DNA of 64,000 nt from an uncultured delta proteobacterium (GTDB taxonomy: Bacteria > Myxococcota_A > Polyangia > Fen-1088). Positions 22,703 to 32,994 of this stretch are shown here, one piece after another. Where the stretch lies: the NCBI GenBank assembly GCA_963796685.1, contig CAWCMR010000013.1, positions 352,001 through 416,000 on the forward strand, written 5' to 3'. The position numbers were made by a program, and so were the translations under genes. Below the pieces are notes generated by a model. It had not been told where the DNA came from, searched no databases, and saw nothing but the letters and a program-made list of their open reading frames with translations. Position 1 is the stretch's first letter. Every line of letters begins with the position of its first letter.

Positions 22703-23550
22703 TTGAGCAAAGAAGTCAGCAAGGTCGAAGGGCGAAGGCCTTTGCGTTGATACCTTATCGCGCGCGCCGTCCAGACGGGCGAGAGGTCGGGATGGGCTCG
22801 GCGAGTCTGGTCTGAGAGCGTGATTTCCACGAGGTCGTCGTGACGCCCCGGCCGGCGCAGGACGCGCAACTTGGTAGTCGATTTTGCGCGGGTGAGCCAA
22901 TGTCGGTGGCGTCCGCTGCGTTCGAGCCGGGTCAGAGCGTAAGGTCGTCCCGTCGATACCGTGTAGGGACAGGCCACGCCAGGCATGACGGTCGGCACTC
23001 TCTGTGGCCCAACGATCGGCCGTCACGGCGAACAGGTAGGCCAAAGGGTCCTTGCCCAGCCGGGTCCTAGCCTGAGCAAGACTGCTCTTGGCGATGGGCT
23101 GACCGTCGGAAGATGGCAGAGCCAGGTCCAACATCTTGGCGACCCGATCGATGGACTCACGTCGCAGAAGCGCCATGCCCAAGGCCAGCCAAATCGCCTG
23201 CTCTGCGGGTAGCCTGCGACGGCGCAGGCATGCGACCTCCCGCGTCCATGCTCAGCCCACCCGTGGCTTTGGCAATTTTCTGCTTCTCCGCCCTCGCCGT
23301 CTCCCTACTGTGCCCCGATGCCCAGCTGGCGCAGGCGTGGCGGGTGGCTGCGAGGGAGGGGACCCGTCGTGCGCGGAGGTCGCGTGCCGCCTGTGCTGCA
23401 GGCGCACTCCGGAATCGTCGCTTTGTGCAATTTGCGAATTGAATCGACCGCAGCACACGACAGGGAGCAAACCCGAGCTGACAGGACCCGCCACGCCGAA
23501 GCCGGCGGGTCGCCTAATTGCACTTTCCTAGGCTTATCCGAACGGCATTG
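22703..23550 (-). mobile_element. IS4-family insertion sequence relic (internally deleted transposase, one terminal IR)
   Basis: fragments RRRRLPAEQAIWLALGMAL..QARTRLG..GIDGTTLR and RHWLTRAK..RAIRYQRKG..LLTSLL; IS4-type end CAATGCCGTTCGGATAAG at 23550-23533. Confidence 0.8.
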
Positions 23551-23621
23551 CGGCTAAGCGTTGGTAATGCGCGAGAGTGTCGCTATAGTGCGGCGCGAAT
23601 CCAGCTCCGAGCGAGGCCAAC

Positions 23622-24347
23622 GTGCAAATCCAACCCGACCAAGCCAACCCAAGCCCGAACAGAATCACCACCCGTCACAGCCGTCGAAAGGGACCCTTGC
23701 TGGCCCTGCACATCCTGCTGACCACGGCGATTGCGGCACAGACGCTCGGGCCGGCGAACCAGGCACAGGCGGCTGGCAAGAAGCGAGTGGACAAGCGCGA
23801 GGTCGAGGCGCGACAGGCCTTCGCGGCCGGGCAGTATCAGCAGGCGCTCGACCTCTATGCGCAGCTCTACGCGGACAAGGTTCACCCGACGTATTTGCGC
23901 AACATCGGACGGTGCTATCAGAACCTGCAAGAGCCCGACAAGGCCATCAACGCCTTTCGCGACTACCTTCGGCAGGCCAAGGATCTGTCGTCCGCTGAAA
24001 AGAGCGAGATCGATGGCTACATGGTCGAGATGGAAACCTTGAAGAAGCAGCAGGAGGAGGTCGCACAGGCCAGCGCTGCCAAGGCCGCCGCTGCGCAACA
24101 GCCGACTCCGCTTCCGGTCAACCCGACGGTCGCTCCGATCGCTTCCAACCCGTCGACGACGAGCCCGTTGCAGCTAACCAACCCTGCGCCTGAGCCCCTG
24201 GCGCAACCGACGCCCTTTTACAAGAAGGGATGGTTCTGGGGCGTGGTGGGGGTCGCCGTCGTGGGCGGCGTCGTGGGGGGCCTGTACGCGGCCGGTACCT
24301 TCTCCAAGTCCTCCATCGGCTGCTCGGCCCCGGCCGGCTGCTATTGA
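23622..24347 (+). CDS. TPR protein with C-terminal TM helix
   Basis: signal-like N-terminus, TPR (YLRNIGRCYQNL..AINAFRDYL), PFYKKGWFWG TM. Confidence 0.8.
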   Translation: MQIQPDQANPSPNRITTRHSRRKGPLLALHILLTTAIAAQTLGPANQAQAAGKKRVDKREVEARQAFAAGQYQQALDLYAQLYADKVHPTYLRNIGRCYQNLQEPDKAINAFRDYLRQAKDLSSAEKSEIDGYMVEMETLKKQQEEVAQASAAKAAAAQQPTPLPVNPTVAPIASNPSTTSPLQLTNPAPEPLAQPTPFYKKGWFWGVVGVAVVGGVVGGLYAAGTFSKSSIGCSAPAGCY

Positions 24348-24370
24348 CCCGAAAGGACAGGTCCTTCGCC

Positions 24371-26319
24371 ATGCAACACTTCAGCTTCGCAAAGAGCGCG
24401 CTTCTTCTGGGAATCCTCGCGGCCGCCTGCTCCTCGAAGGATGAGCGCGCGCTGGTCGTGGTCGACGTGCAGGCTGGCCGCTGGCGTGACCGCTCCCGAC
24501 TCGGTCCACCTGAGCGCAACGAGCGGAGGCGCCGAGGTCAAGGCCGCCGACGTGCCCTGGAGCAAGGCCACCAACGGCGTGCTGGAGGTCGGACTGTTCA
24601 TCCCCAGCGGGGTGGCGGGACCGGTAACTATCACGGCGAAGGGGATGGTCGGCGGTGTGGCGGTGCTCGATGGATTGCTCCCTCAGCCGGTTTCGCTGTC
24701 AGCGGGCGGGAGCGTTGGTCCCTTCTCGCTCGTGCTCAACGCGATTGCCGTGCTGCCAGCGGGCATCGATGGCGGCATCGATGGTGGCGCTTCCGACAGT
24801 ACCCCGGATACCGGCACTCTCGATGCCGTGGCGCCGGATGCAGGTCGCGAGATCGGTCCCGATGCGTCGATTTCGGAAACAGGTTCGGCGGATCTCGGCA
24901 TTCCGCCGGATCAGACGGATGCGGGAAGCCCCGATGTGCCGCCGGCACTGGACCTAATGAATGATGCGCCTCCTATCCTGCCCGACGGTCCCCAAATCCT
25001 GACCGACGGTGGGGATGCTGACGACGCTGGCCACGTTCCCGGGTGGGAGCCCGCGCAGAACATCGAAAGCGACATCATCCATGCCTCGTACTATCCCTCC
25101 GTGGCCGTGGATCCCGTGAACGAGCACGTCTACGTGGCCTGGGAGGAGAGCACGGCCATCAAGGTCAGGCGTTGGAACAGGGGCACTGGCGCATGGGAGA
25201 AGACCATCGTGGTCGAAAGTCGCGGCGGTCCGCAGAGCCCGACCCTTGGCGCAGATGCCAAGGGAAATGTTCTGTTGTTGTGGGGCCAAAGCTCCAGCAG
25301 CGATGCGACCCTGGTAGGGCTTTGGGCATCCCGGACCACGGACGGGCTTGCCTGGAGCTCGCCGGTTCGCATCACCACCGACTACACCTGGAACATCCAG
25401 ACTGGCGGTGGCTCGGAACGGAACAGCCCGCGCGGCCTATTCGAAACAACCTGCCGATGGCACGTGGCCGCTCTATTCGGCGTATTACGACGGAACGTCC
25501 TGGACGGAAAACCCCACCATGGTGGCCTCGAATACCAACTACATGGAACAGGAGCCACGCCTCGTCGTCGATGCCTCGGGCAACGGCATCCTGGTCTTCT
25601 ACAAGGGCGACGACAACGGATACACAGGCGTCGCCGCAACCGTCCTCACCGGCCAAACCTTCACCACGCCCACCATCATGGACCCCAACTACGTGTCCGC
25701 CCAACCCGACAGTCGGGCCATCGCGATGAACCGAAAAGGCGAGGGCGTGCTCGTGTGGTCCGAGGCCAGCGGCTCTACCGTCGGCCTGTCCGCCAGGACC
25801 TACAGCCCGACCGTGGGTTGGAGTGCCGTCGCGCCTCCGATCCTGTCCTCCGACACCATCGGCGCGCTGGCCGTGGCCATGGACGAGCAAGACAATGTCA
25901 CGATCCTCTTGCAGCAGCAGATTGCTTCCGGCGGCATGAACGTCATGGGAATTCACGGCACGGTGACGGGGACATGGAGCGACGTCACGCTGCTCGAAAC
26001 GGACAACGTTGCGGGCTATCTGATCGACGAATACGCCATGCCGCAGCTGGCGATCGATGGGAGCGGAAATGTCCTCGCGGTCTGGCGCAAGGATCTGAGC
26101 ACCTCGACCACGACGACCTACGGTGCCTACGCCAGTCGCTTTGCCGGTGGAAGCTGGCTGCCCCAGTTCCAACTGGGACAGAAGACGGGTCTCGATGTCC
26201 CGCTCGTGGGCTTGTCGGTCGCGGACTCAGGCTTTGGCGCCGCCACTTTCTACTTCCGCTCGGACAACACGACCACGGATCCGGACGCCTACAACACGAT
26301 GGTGGCGTTCTACCGCTAG
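24371..26319 (+). CDS. large lipoprotein with acidic Pro/Asp linker and beta-propeller-like repeats; two frameshifts (~24472, ~25401)
   Basis: SD plus MQHFSFAKSALLLGILAAAC lipobox; continues in frame 24441 and then frame 25348. Confidence 0.7.
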
Positions 26320-28512
26320 CTCGCCCAGGCAAGTTCCTGCAGATACGACCGTCCCTGGTTCGGCCGAGGCGGTCCAATGGTAGTCGGTCTCGAAAGACGG
26401 GCCATCGAGAAGGAACCCCCTCAAGATCCACGCAAGGAGCGCGCCGGCAAGGACAGTCCCCACGGCGACGGGCAGAAGGCGGCGGCGCAGCACCCACAGC
26501 ACCCAGCCCGCCACGGTCATGAAGGCAAGAGCAACACCGACGACGAAGGCCCATGAAAGGAAGGTGAAGTCGATCTGGTGCGTGCCGTGGGAGACGAAGA
26601 TGGCTGGAAAGAGGGCGTTGGCTTTGACCACGGGGACCCTGGTGCCGTCGACCTTGCAGGTGAATCCGGGCAGCCAGGGCAAACCAAGGACGAAGTATCC
26701 GTCCGCATCGCTGGCCACGCGAAAGACGAAACGGTTCGAGGTGTTGTAGACGAGATCGACCCGGTCATGATTCGCGGCGATGTCCCGGACGAACGGCTCG
26801 ACCGGGCGGTCGATGAACAGCGGGAGGTCGGCTCCGCGCTCGTGCAATCGGCGAAGCACCTCGGCTTCGGACTGCCCGCGCTCGACACGGTGGCGAATCA
26901 CGCCGAGCGCTTGACGCGGCTTGAGCCCGCGACGGAGGTACGCCGTGATGGATCCCATTTCCATGCCGGAGCCAGGGTCGGCCTGGGTGGCGACCGACGT
27001 CTTGTGGGCCGCCGCGATGTGCGCGAACGACGGGGTTGGGTGCTTGGGCTCGATCCAGGTTCCAAAACGCAGGCAAAGCCATGTGGTTGCCAGCATGGTC
27101 GTCGCCGAGAGCGCAAGGAGTGTGCGAAAGAGTCGCCGATGCACGGCCGCCCAGCCAAGAAGGATGGCAGTGGTCGCCAAGAGAATGAGCACGAGCAGGT
27201 CGAGAAAGGAGGGCAGGCCGTGCGCAGCAATGTTGTGCGGGGAGTACATCTCTTGCGCGGGTAGCCAGTCCTTCATCCAAAGTCCGTTGGACGTGCACAG
27301 GAGGACGCCCACAGCACAGGTGGCAGACAAAGCGGCGCGATTGGATTCGCGCAACAGCCAGGCCCAGATCGGAAAAGAGAACAACGGAATCCACAGCGTG
27401 AGACGTCCGGGAACTCGAAAGGCGCCGAAGAAGGGCAGTGCTCTCACGAGCAAGGGGTGAATCCACACGCTCTCTCCCACTGCGAAAAGGAAGGCCAGCA
27501 ATCCTATGCCGTACGCGATCCACAGAGCTTTCGGAGGTCGCCTCACCAGGGCAGCCAGCGGAAAGAGTGCCGCCAAGGCGAAGAGCACGCATCCCCCGAA
27601 TGCACCGTGCACGTCCGCGTGAAAGGGCAGCAGGAAGTTGCTCAGCTCGCCGAGGAGCGAGTCGGCATTTTGCAGTGTCCAGGTGTAGTGGTTCGCGAGG
27701 CGGCTTTGGTTGGTCTTGAAGTACTCGACATAGAACGTGAGAAGGTAGGGCGAGGCTACCAGCAGGCCGGTGGCGAATCCGAGGGTCAACCTCTGTGCGT
27801 AGTGGACAAGCAACACGCGCGAGGGCGCTGCGATGTCCGAATCCAAGGCCCGCGCGAGCCAGGGAAAGAGCAGCGCGAAGAGCCCGACGCCGAGCAGTCC
27901 GAAGAACGACCACTGCGGGTGACCGCTCACGGCGAGCAGGTACGTGCAAGCGCCGAGCAGGACGACGGGGCGTTTGCAATCGCGATCGAGAAACACGAAT
28001 CCCGCGGCCGAGGCAGTCAGAACCATGCCCACGTAGGCATCCACGGATGCCCCGTAGCGGAAGCTGTCCAGCATGCGGAGGTTGTAGACCACCGGAAATG
28101 TCGGCAGAAACGACGACAGCGGCGGGATACGCAGGCGACGACAAAGTCTGTAGAGCACGCCATGGGCAAGCCCCAGCGAGAGCAGGCGAAAGAAGGTGTT
28201 CCATTCCAGAGCCAGTCCGTCCCCGTATCGCGGCATGAGGCTCGAAATCCACGATAGTGGATGGTAAAGCTGCCCCAGCGTCATGGCTGCGGTCGAGTGG
28301 CCCCCGGCGAAGCCGGGCATGTAGAGCGGAAAGGTCCCTCTCCACACCGCCCACATGAGCTCGACCTGCTGGCCAGGACCGAAGATGGAATAGTCGTTCC
28401 CGAGCGTGACGTCGGCGACGAAGGGCAGCAGCCAGGCGAACATAACGAACGGGACGGCCAGAAACAGAAGCCAGATTGACCGGCCGATTATCCGCGAGTC
28501 CCGATGGTCCAC
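26227..28512 (-). CDS. YfhO-like polytopic membrane protein (GT-C glycosyltransferase-like)
   Basis: PLYMPGFAGG..GQLYHP, SGHPQ, many TMs, C-terminal PGFTCKVDG..KANALFPAIFVSHGTHQI; start and stop uncertain. Confidence 0.7.
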   Translation of the reverse strand: MDHRDSRIIGRSIWLLFLAVPFVMFAWLLPFVADVTLGNDYSIFGPGQQVELMWAVWRGTFPLYMPGFAGGHSTAAMTLGQLYHPLSWISSLMPRYGDGLALEWNTFFRLLSLGLAHGVLYRLCRRLRIPPLSSFLPTFPVVYNLRMLDSFRYGASVDAYVGMVLTASAAGFVFLDRDCKRPVVLLGACTYLLAVSGHPQWSFFGLLGVGLFALLFPWLARALDSDIAAPSRVLLVHYAQRLTLGFATGLLVASPYLLTFYVEYFKTNQSRLANHYTWTLQNADSLLGELSNFLLPFHADVHGAFGGCVLFALAALFPLAALVRRPPKALWIAYGIGLLAFLFAVGESVWIHPLLVRALPFFGAFRVPGRLTLWIPLFSFPIWAWLLRESNRAALSATCAVGVLLCTSNGLWMKDWLPAQEMYSPHNIAAHGLPSFLDLLVLILLATTAILLGWAAVHRRLFRTLLALSATTMLATTWLCLRFGTWIEPKHPTPSFAHIAAAHKTSVATQADPGSGMEMGSITAYLRRGLKPRQALGVIRHRVERGQSEAEVLRRLHERGADLPLFIDRPVEPFVRDIAANHDRVDLVYNTSNRFVFRVASDADGYFVLGLPWLPGFTCKVDGTRVPVVKANALFPAIFVSHGTHQIDFTFLSWAFVVGVALAFMTVAGWVLWVLRRRLLPVAVGTVLAGALLAWILRGFLLDGPSFETDYHWTASAEPGTVVSAGTCLGELAVERHHRVVGVRIRGRVVRAEVESGGAKA

Positions 28513-28678
28513 CGATTCACTTCGCCCCCGATGCCTGGGGAGCGACGGGATTGTAGGGGGCGCCCGGCATGGGAAGCCAGCGAATTCACCCAGGGCCGAG
28601 CAACGGCGAAATGGGGCGGACGACCGGTCTTCTCCATGGCATGAATCGGGCACCCATCCCGGAGCAAGGAGCAACCTC

Positions 28679-29671
28679 ATGACCCATCCTCGCAAGACGA
28701 CCAAACTGGGACAGACCGGACCGGAGACTTTTCCCCTGGGCCTCGGGTGCATGGGCATGTCGGGCGTGTACGGCCCCGTGGATGAGGCAGAATCCATCGC
28801 CACCATCCGGGCCGCGGTGGACGCTGGCATCACCTTGATCGACACGGGCGACTTCTATGGCATGGGCCACAACGAAATGTTGGTCGGCCGAGCCATCGCC
28901 GGGCAGCGCGACCGCGTTCTGCTGTCGGTCAAGTTCGGCGCGCTGCGCGGTCCGGACGGCGCCTGGCTGGGCATCGACACCCGGCCGGTCGCCGTGAAGA
29001 CCTTCGTTGCTTACAGCTTGAAACGCCTTGGCGTCGAGGTCATCGACATCTACCGCCCCTCGCGCCTGGATCCGACTGTGCCCATCGAGGACACCGTCGG
29101 CGCCGTGGCGGATCTGGTGAAGGCGGGCTACGTGCGGCACATAGGGCTCTCCGAAGTGGGGGCCGAGATCGTAGCGCGCGCCCAGCGTGTGCACCCCATC
29201 GTGGATCTGCAGATCGAATACTCCCTGGCCAGCCGTGGCCCCGAGCGGAGCATCTTCCCCGCCCTTGCGCGACTTGGCATCGGCGCCACGCTCTACGGGA
29301 TCTTCTCGCGTGGTCTTCTCACCGGCAGCAAACCCAAGGGCAAGGGAGACTTTCGCGCCTACTTGCCACGCTTCGCCGCCGGCACCAGCGGGCAGAACGA
29401 CGCCGTGGTCGCGTCCTTGCAGCGCTTTGCCGCCGACCGGGACATGAGCCCTGGGCAGCTCGCCATCGCCTGGGCGCTCGCGCGCCAGCCGGGATTCGTG
29501 CCGATTGTCGGCGTCAAGACACGCACCCAGCTCGCCGACGCCCTCGGCGCCTTGGACAAGTCCCTGTCGGCAGAGGACATCGCGACGCTGGAAGCCCTGG
29601 CTCCCGAAAGTGCCATCGCCGGAACCCGCTATGGCGCCGAGCAGATGGCGCATTTGGATAGTGAAAAGTAG
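28679..29671 (+). CDS. aldo/keto reductase
   Basis: LGLGCMGMS, DTGDFYG, SLKRLG, IGLSE, QIEYSL; AAGGAG SD. Confidence 0.92.
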   Translation: MTHPRKTTKLGQTGPETFPLGLGCMGMSGVYGPVDEAESIATIRAAVDAGITLIDTGDFYGMGHNEMLVGRAIAGQRDRVLLSVKFGALRGPDGAWLGIDTRPVAVKTFVAYSLKRLGVEVIDIYRPSRLDPTVPIEDTVGAVADLVKAGYVRHIGLSEVGAEIVARAQRVHPIVDLQIEYSLASRGPERSIFPALARLGIGATLYGIFSRGLLTGSKPKGKGDFRAYLPRFAAGTSGQNDAVVASLQRFAADRDMSPGQLAIAWALARQPGFVPIVGVKTRTQLADALGALDKSLSAEDIATLEALAPESAIAGTRYGAEQMAHLDSEK

Positions 29672-29684
29672 ATCGAGCGCCGAG

Positions 29685-30671
29685 CTATCCGACTTTCACC
29701 ACCGCGGCCCCCTGCAGCGAGCCTGCACGCAGATCCCGGAGAGCGTCGTTGGTACGTTCGAGAGCGTAAACCGTGGTTTGCGCGCGAATGGAGATGCCGC
29801 GGGCCATGCCCAAGAATTCCTCGCCATCCTTGCGCGTGAGATTGGCGACCGAGCGCAGGACCCGCTCGCCCCAGAGAAGCACGTAGGGAAAGCTCGGGAT
29901 GTCGCTCATATGGATGCCGGCGCAGACTACGGTTCCGCCTTTGCGGACGGCTGCGAGCGCGCGTGGCACCAGTTCCCCGACCGGCGCGAAGATGAGGGCA
30001 GCGTCGAGCGCGACGGGAGGCAAGTCTTCGGCCCCGCCGGTCCAGGTGGCTCCGAGTTGGCGAGCGAAATCCTGACTGGCCTGATCGCCCGCGCGCGTGA
30101 AGGCGTACACTTCGCGCCCCTGCTGGCGCACGATCTGAGTCAGCAGGTGGGCCGCGGCCCCGAATCCGTAGAATCCCAGTCGCCGGGCTTTGCCGGTCAT
30201 GCGTAGGGCGCGGTATCCGATGAGTCCGGCGCACAGCCACGGTGCCACCGCGGTCGCCTCCTCGTTCTCGGGGATGAGCAGGCAAAATCGCGCATCGGCC
30301 ACGCAGTGCTCGGCGAAGCCTCCGTCGAGCTGGTAGCCGGTGTAGAGCGCCCGATCGCAGAGATTTTCCTGCTCGCTCCGGCAGAATTCACATTCGCCGC
30401 AGGCGCCGCCCAGCCAGGGGACGCCCAGCCGCTGTCCGAGTCGGAGCCCTTCGACGTTCGTGCCCAGGCCATCGACCACTCCGACGATCTGATGTCCGGG
30501 CACGAGCGGCAGCTTCGGGCTTTTCAAATCGCCATCCACCACGTGCAGGTCCGTCCGGCAAAGCCCACATGCCTCCACGCGCAATCGCACCTGCATAGGC
30601 CCGGGATGCGGGGCTGGGATCTCCACCAGCTCGAGCGGCTGTCCCTGCTTCTCGAGAATCATGGCGCGCAT
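29685..30671 (-). CDS. zinc-dependent alcohol dehydrogenase family protein
   Basis: CGLCRTDLH, PGHQIVG, CGECEFC..NLC, YGFGAAA. Confidence 0.92.
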   Translation of the reverse strand: MRAMILEKQGQPLELVEIPAPHPGPMQVRLRVEACGLCRTDLHVVDGDLKSPKLPLVPGHQIVGVVDGLGTNVEGLRLGQRLGVPWLGGACGECEFCRSEQENLCDRALYTGYQLDGGFAEHCVADARFCLLIPENEEATAVAPWLCAGLIGYRALRMTGKARRLGFYGFGAAAHLLTQIVRQQGREVYAFTRAGDQASQDFARQLGATWTGGAEDLPPVALDAALIFAPVGELVPRALAAVRKGGTVVCAGIHMSDIPSFPYVLLWGERVLRSVANLTRKDGEEFLGMARGISIRAQTTVYALERTNDALRDLRAGSLQGAAVVKVG

Positions 30672-30706
30672 GACCCCATCAGCCTACCGCGGACCCTGAC
30701 CAACGA

Positions 30707-31177
30707 CTACTCTTTGGCCTCCACCCCTGCCAGCGCCCCGCCGCGGGCTTGCAGGATGAACGTCACCGGACCGTCGTTGACCAACTCGACCTTCATGTCG
30801 GCAGCAAAACGCCCGGTGGCGATATCAACGCCCTCGGCCAGAATGCGCTCGGCCATGCGCAGGTAGAGCTTCTGGGCCAAAGCCGGGTTTTCCGCATGGT
30901 CGAAGCTCGGCCGGTTCCCCTTGCGGGTCGAGCCGGCAAGGGTGAATTGGCTGACGATCAAGCACGCGCCATGAACGTCCTTGATGGACAGATCCATAGG
31001 GGTGCGACCAGGAAAGATGCGCAGGGCGCACAGCTTACGCGAAAGCACGTCCACGTCCGCTTCGCGGTCGCCGCGCTCGACACCCACCAGAACCGTCAGG
31101 CCGATGCCGATCTTGCCCACGACCTCGCTCTCGACGCGAACCTCGGCGCGCGACACGCGCTGAACCACGACGATCAT
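30707..31177 (-). CDS. dtd: D-aminoacyl-tRNA deacylase
   Basis: VVQRVS, VSQFTL, KGNRPSF, NDGPVT. Confidence 0.95.
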   Translation of the reverse strand: MIVVVQRVSRAEVRVESEVVGKIGIGLTVLVGVERGDREADVDVLSRKLCALRIFPGRTPMDLSIKDVHGACLIVSQFTLAGSTRKGNRPSFDHAENPALAQKLYLRMAERILAEGVDIATGRFAADMKVELVNDGPVTFILQARGGALAGVEAKE

Positions 31178-31207
31178 CGGTCGAGCCCCGACCTGGCACT
31201 CATCTCG

Positions 31208-31281
31208 TGACCCCGGCCTGATTCGAACAGGCGACCTACGGTTTAGGAAACCGTCGCTCTATCCACCTGAGCTACGGGGCC
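31208..31281 (-). tRNA. tRNA-Arg(CCT)
   Basis: minus strand GGCCCCGTAGCTCAGGTGGATAGAGCGACGGT-TTCCTAA-ACCGTAGGTCGCCTGTTCGAATCAGGCCGGGGTCA. Confidence 0.95.
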
Positions 31282-31284
31282 AAA
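31243..31284. repeat. att site, left copy (5' half of the intact tRNA-Arg)
   Basis: TTAGGAAACCGTCGCTCTATCCACCTGAGCTACGGGGCCAAA. Confidence 0.92.
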
Positions 31285-31295
31285 TGGTTTGGGTT

Positions 31296-32534
31296 CTAAC
31301 TACTTAGGGCTACTTTTTCTTCTGCGTTATCTTGCTGCGTGGTGGCCATAGTGTGCCCATTTGGGCCGGCAACGTCGCGAAGAGATACCACGTTCCCCTT
31401 GGGAGTGGAAAGGTCCGCTGGCATGACTTCGTAGTCGGTTTGCCGGAAGAGATCCGCCCGAAGGTGGCTGTATCGCTCGGTGGTGGTGATGCTGGCGTGG
31501 CCCATGATCTTGGATAGCTTCTCAACGCTGCCACCGCCAAGAACAAACTGCGACGCGAACGTGTGTCGGGTGCATTGATACCAGGTCATGGGAGACAGCC
31601 CGCACTTCTTCAGGGCCGCGCGTAGGTGCTTGGCCAGGGTCTGGGGCCTGGTGTACTCCGCGGGCGTCTCTGGCGTGCCACCACGTAGGGGATGGACGGG
31701 CGGAAAGAGTAGGCCCGTGCCGCCCGTGGCGAGCTTCCATTGTGTCAGGACGGGCACCAGGGGGGTCAGCATGGGAACCGCGCGGGAATCGGTATCCTTC
31801 AGCGGCCCGATCCTGCCTCGGTTGACCTGTTGCCGGATGTGAAGGCGCCGGTTCTCGATGTCGCAGTCTCGCCAGTTCAACCCCAGCACCTCGCCCGTGC
31901 GAAGTCCCGCGAACGCGCCGACGGCGAAGGCTACGTTGACAGGCGAGGGCAGCAGCCGGAAGACGCGCTCGATGTCGCTCATCTTCTCGATGAACGCCGT
32001 TGTCCGTGAATCGTGGCCTGGACGGTAGAGGCGCCGAGTAGAACGGGGCAGGGCGCTTACCGGGTTCGCGGGGGCGTGCCCCTGTTCGATGATGTCGGCG
32101 AAGAAGGTCGACATCTGGCGGATCAGATTCCCGACTGTGTTCGCGGCCAAGCCCTTGGCGAGCTTGTCTTCGATGAATCTGCGAAGCTGGGCGGCGTCGA
32201 TCTCGTGCGCCTTCATCTTGCCGAAGGCGGGGCCAAGGTGGGTATTCCACCGGGAACGGTCATCCCGGCATGACCTGTGCGTGGCCTTGCGCCGTTCGAG
32301 CCAAGCCTTTGCCAGCGTTTCGAGGTTCGGGGACTCGTCGTAGTCGCGGGGCAAACCAGCGTCACCGGCGGCGACGTCCCTCGTGATCTTGGCAAGAACT
32401 TGCTCAGCGAGATCCTTCGAGGCGAACGATTTGCAGCACCGCCGGCCATGCTCGCGCCAGCGAATCCACCACCGGCCGCTGCGCTCGAATAGCGAGCCAG
32501 TGCCCCACGTTCGGCGTCGAGGCTTACGAGGCAT
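31296..32534 (-). CDS. tyrosine recombinase (phage-type integrase)
   Basis: arm-binding N-terminus [16 protein letters not shown]; catalytic [29 protein letters not shown]. Confidence 0.95.
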   Translation of the reverse strand: MPRKPRRRTWGTGSLFERSGRWWIRWREHGRRCCKSFASKDLAEQVLAKITRDVAAGDAGLPRDYDESPNLETLAKAWLERRKATHRSCRDDRSRWNTHLGPAFGKMKAHEIDAAQLRRFIEDKLAKGLAANTVGNLIRQMSTFFADIIEQGHAPANPVSALPRSTRRLYRPGHDSRTTAFIEKMSDIERVFRLLPSPVNVAFAVGAFAGLRTGEVLGLNWRDCDIENRRLHIRQQVNRGRIGPLKDTDSRAVPMLTPLVPVLTQWKLATGGTGLLFPPVHPLRGGTPETPAEYTRPQTLAKHLRAALKKCGLSPMTWYQCTRHTFASQFVLGGGSVEKLSKIMGHASITTTERYSHLRADLFRQTDYEVMPADLSTPKGNVVSLRDVAGPNGHTMATTQQDNAEEKVALSS

Positions 32535-32883
32535 AGGCCACCTCGCGGTTGCCGTTGGCCGTCGCGACGAGCGCCCGCACGTGAAATGCCGCACGAATGG
32601 GCAGCGACTGCCGTAGGCGCGCGGCCAGACTCTCGCGGATCTCTTTGCATAGTCCACACTCGAAGTTCGTATCTGTGCGGGTGTTCTCGTTCACGTACAA
32701 CGTGAGCGAGCCACAGACGCAACAGGGCCGCCAGGCCGCGAACCTGACGAGCACGGCGCACAGGTTGCCTTCGATGGGTGCTGGTGTTGGTGGCTTCATC
32801 CTGGCGGCCAGGCATCGCCGCCTGTCCTCTTCCAATTCCGCCGGGGTTGCGGTTCGTTCTCGAACGCGTGCTATCTTGGCCAT
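32524..32883 (-). CDS. hypothetical Zn-finger protein overlapping the integrase start
   Basis: AAGGAG SD; CCVCG...CGLC. Confidence 0.6.
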   Translation of the reverse strand: MAKIARVRERTATPAELEEDRRRCLAARMKPPTPAPIEGNLCAVLVRFAAWRPCCVCGSLTLYVNENTRTDTNFECGLCKEIRESLAARLRQSLPIRAAFHVRALVATANGNREVAYAS

Positions 32884-32994
32884 GTCGGATCTCCTTTCAC
32901 GGGGCGTGAAGACCACGGGGCAGGCTGTTACAGCAGCGCTGCCCCATTTTTGTTGGCGGGGTACTCGTGGCGCGGAGTTAGGGCGCGCGGGCAG

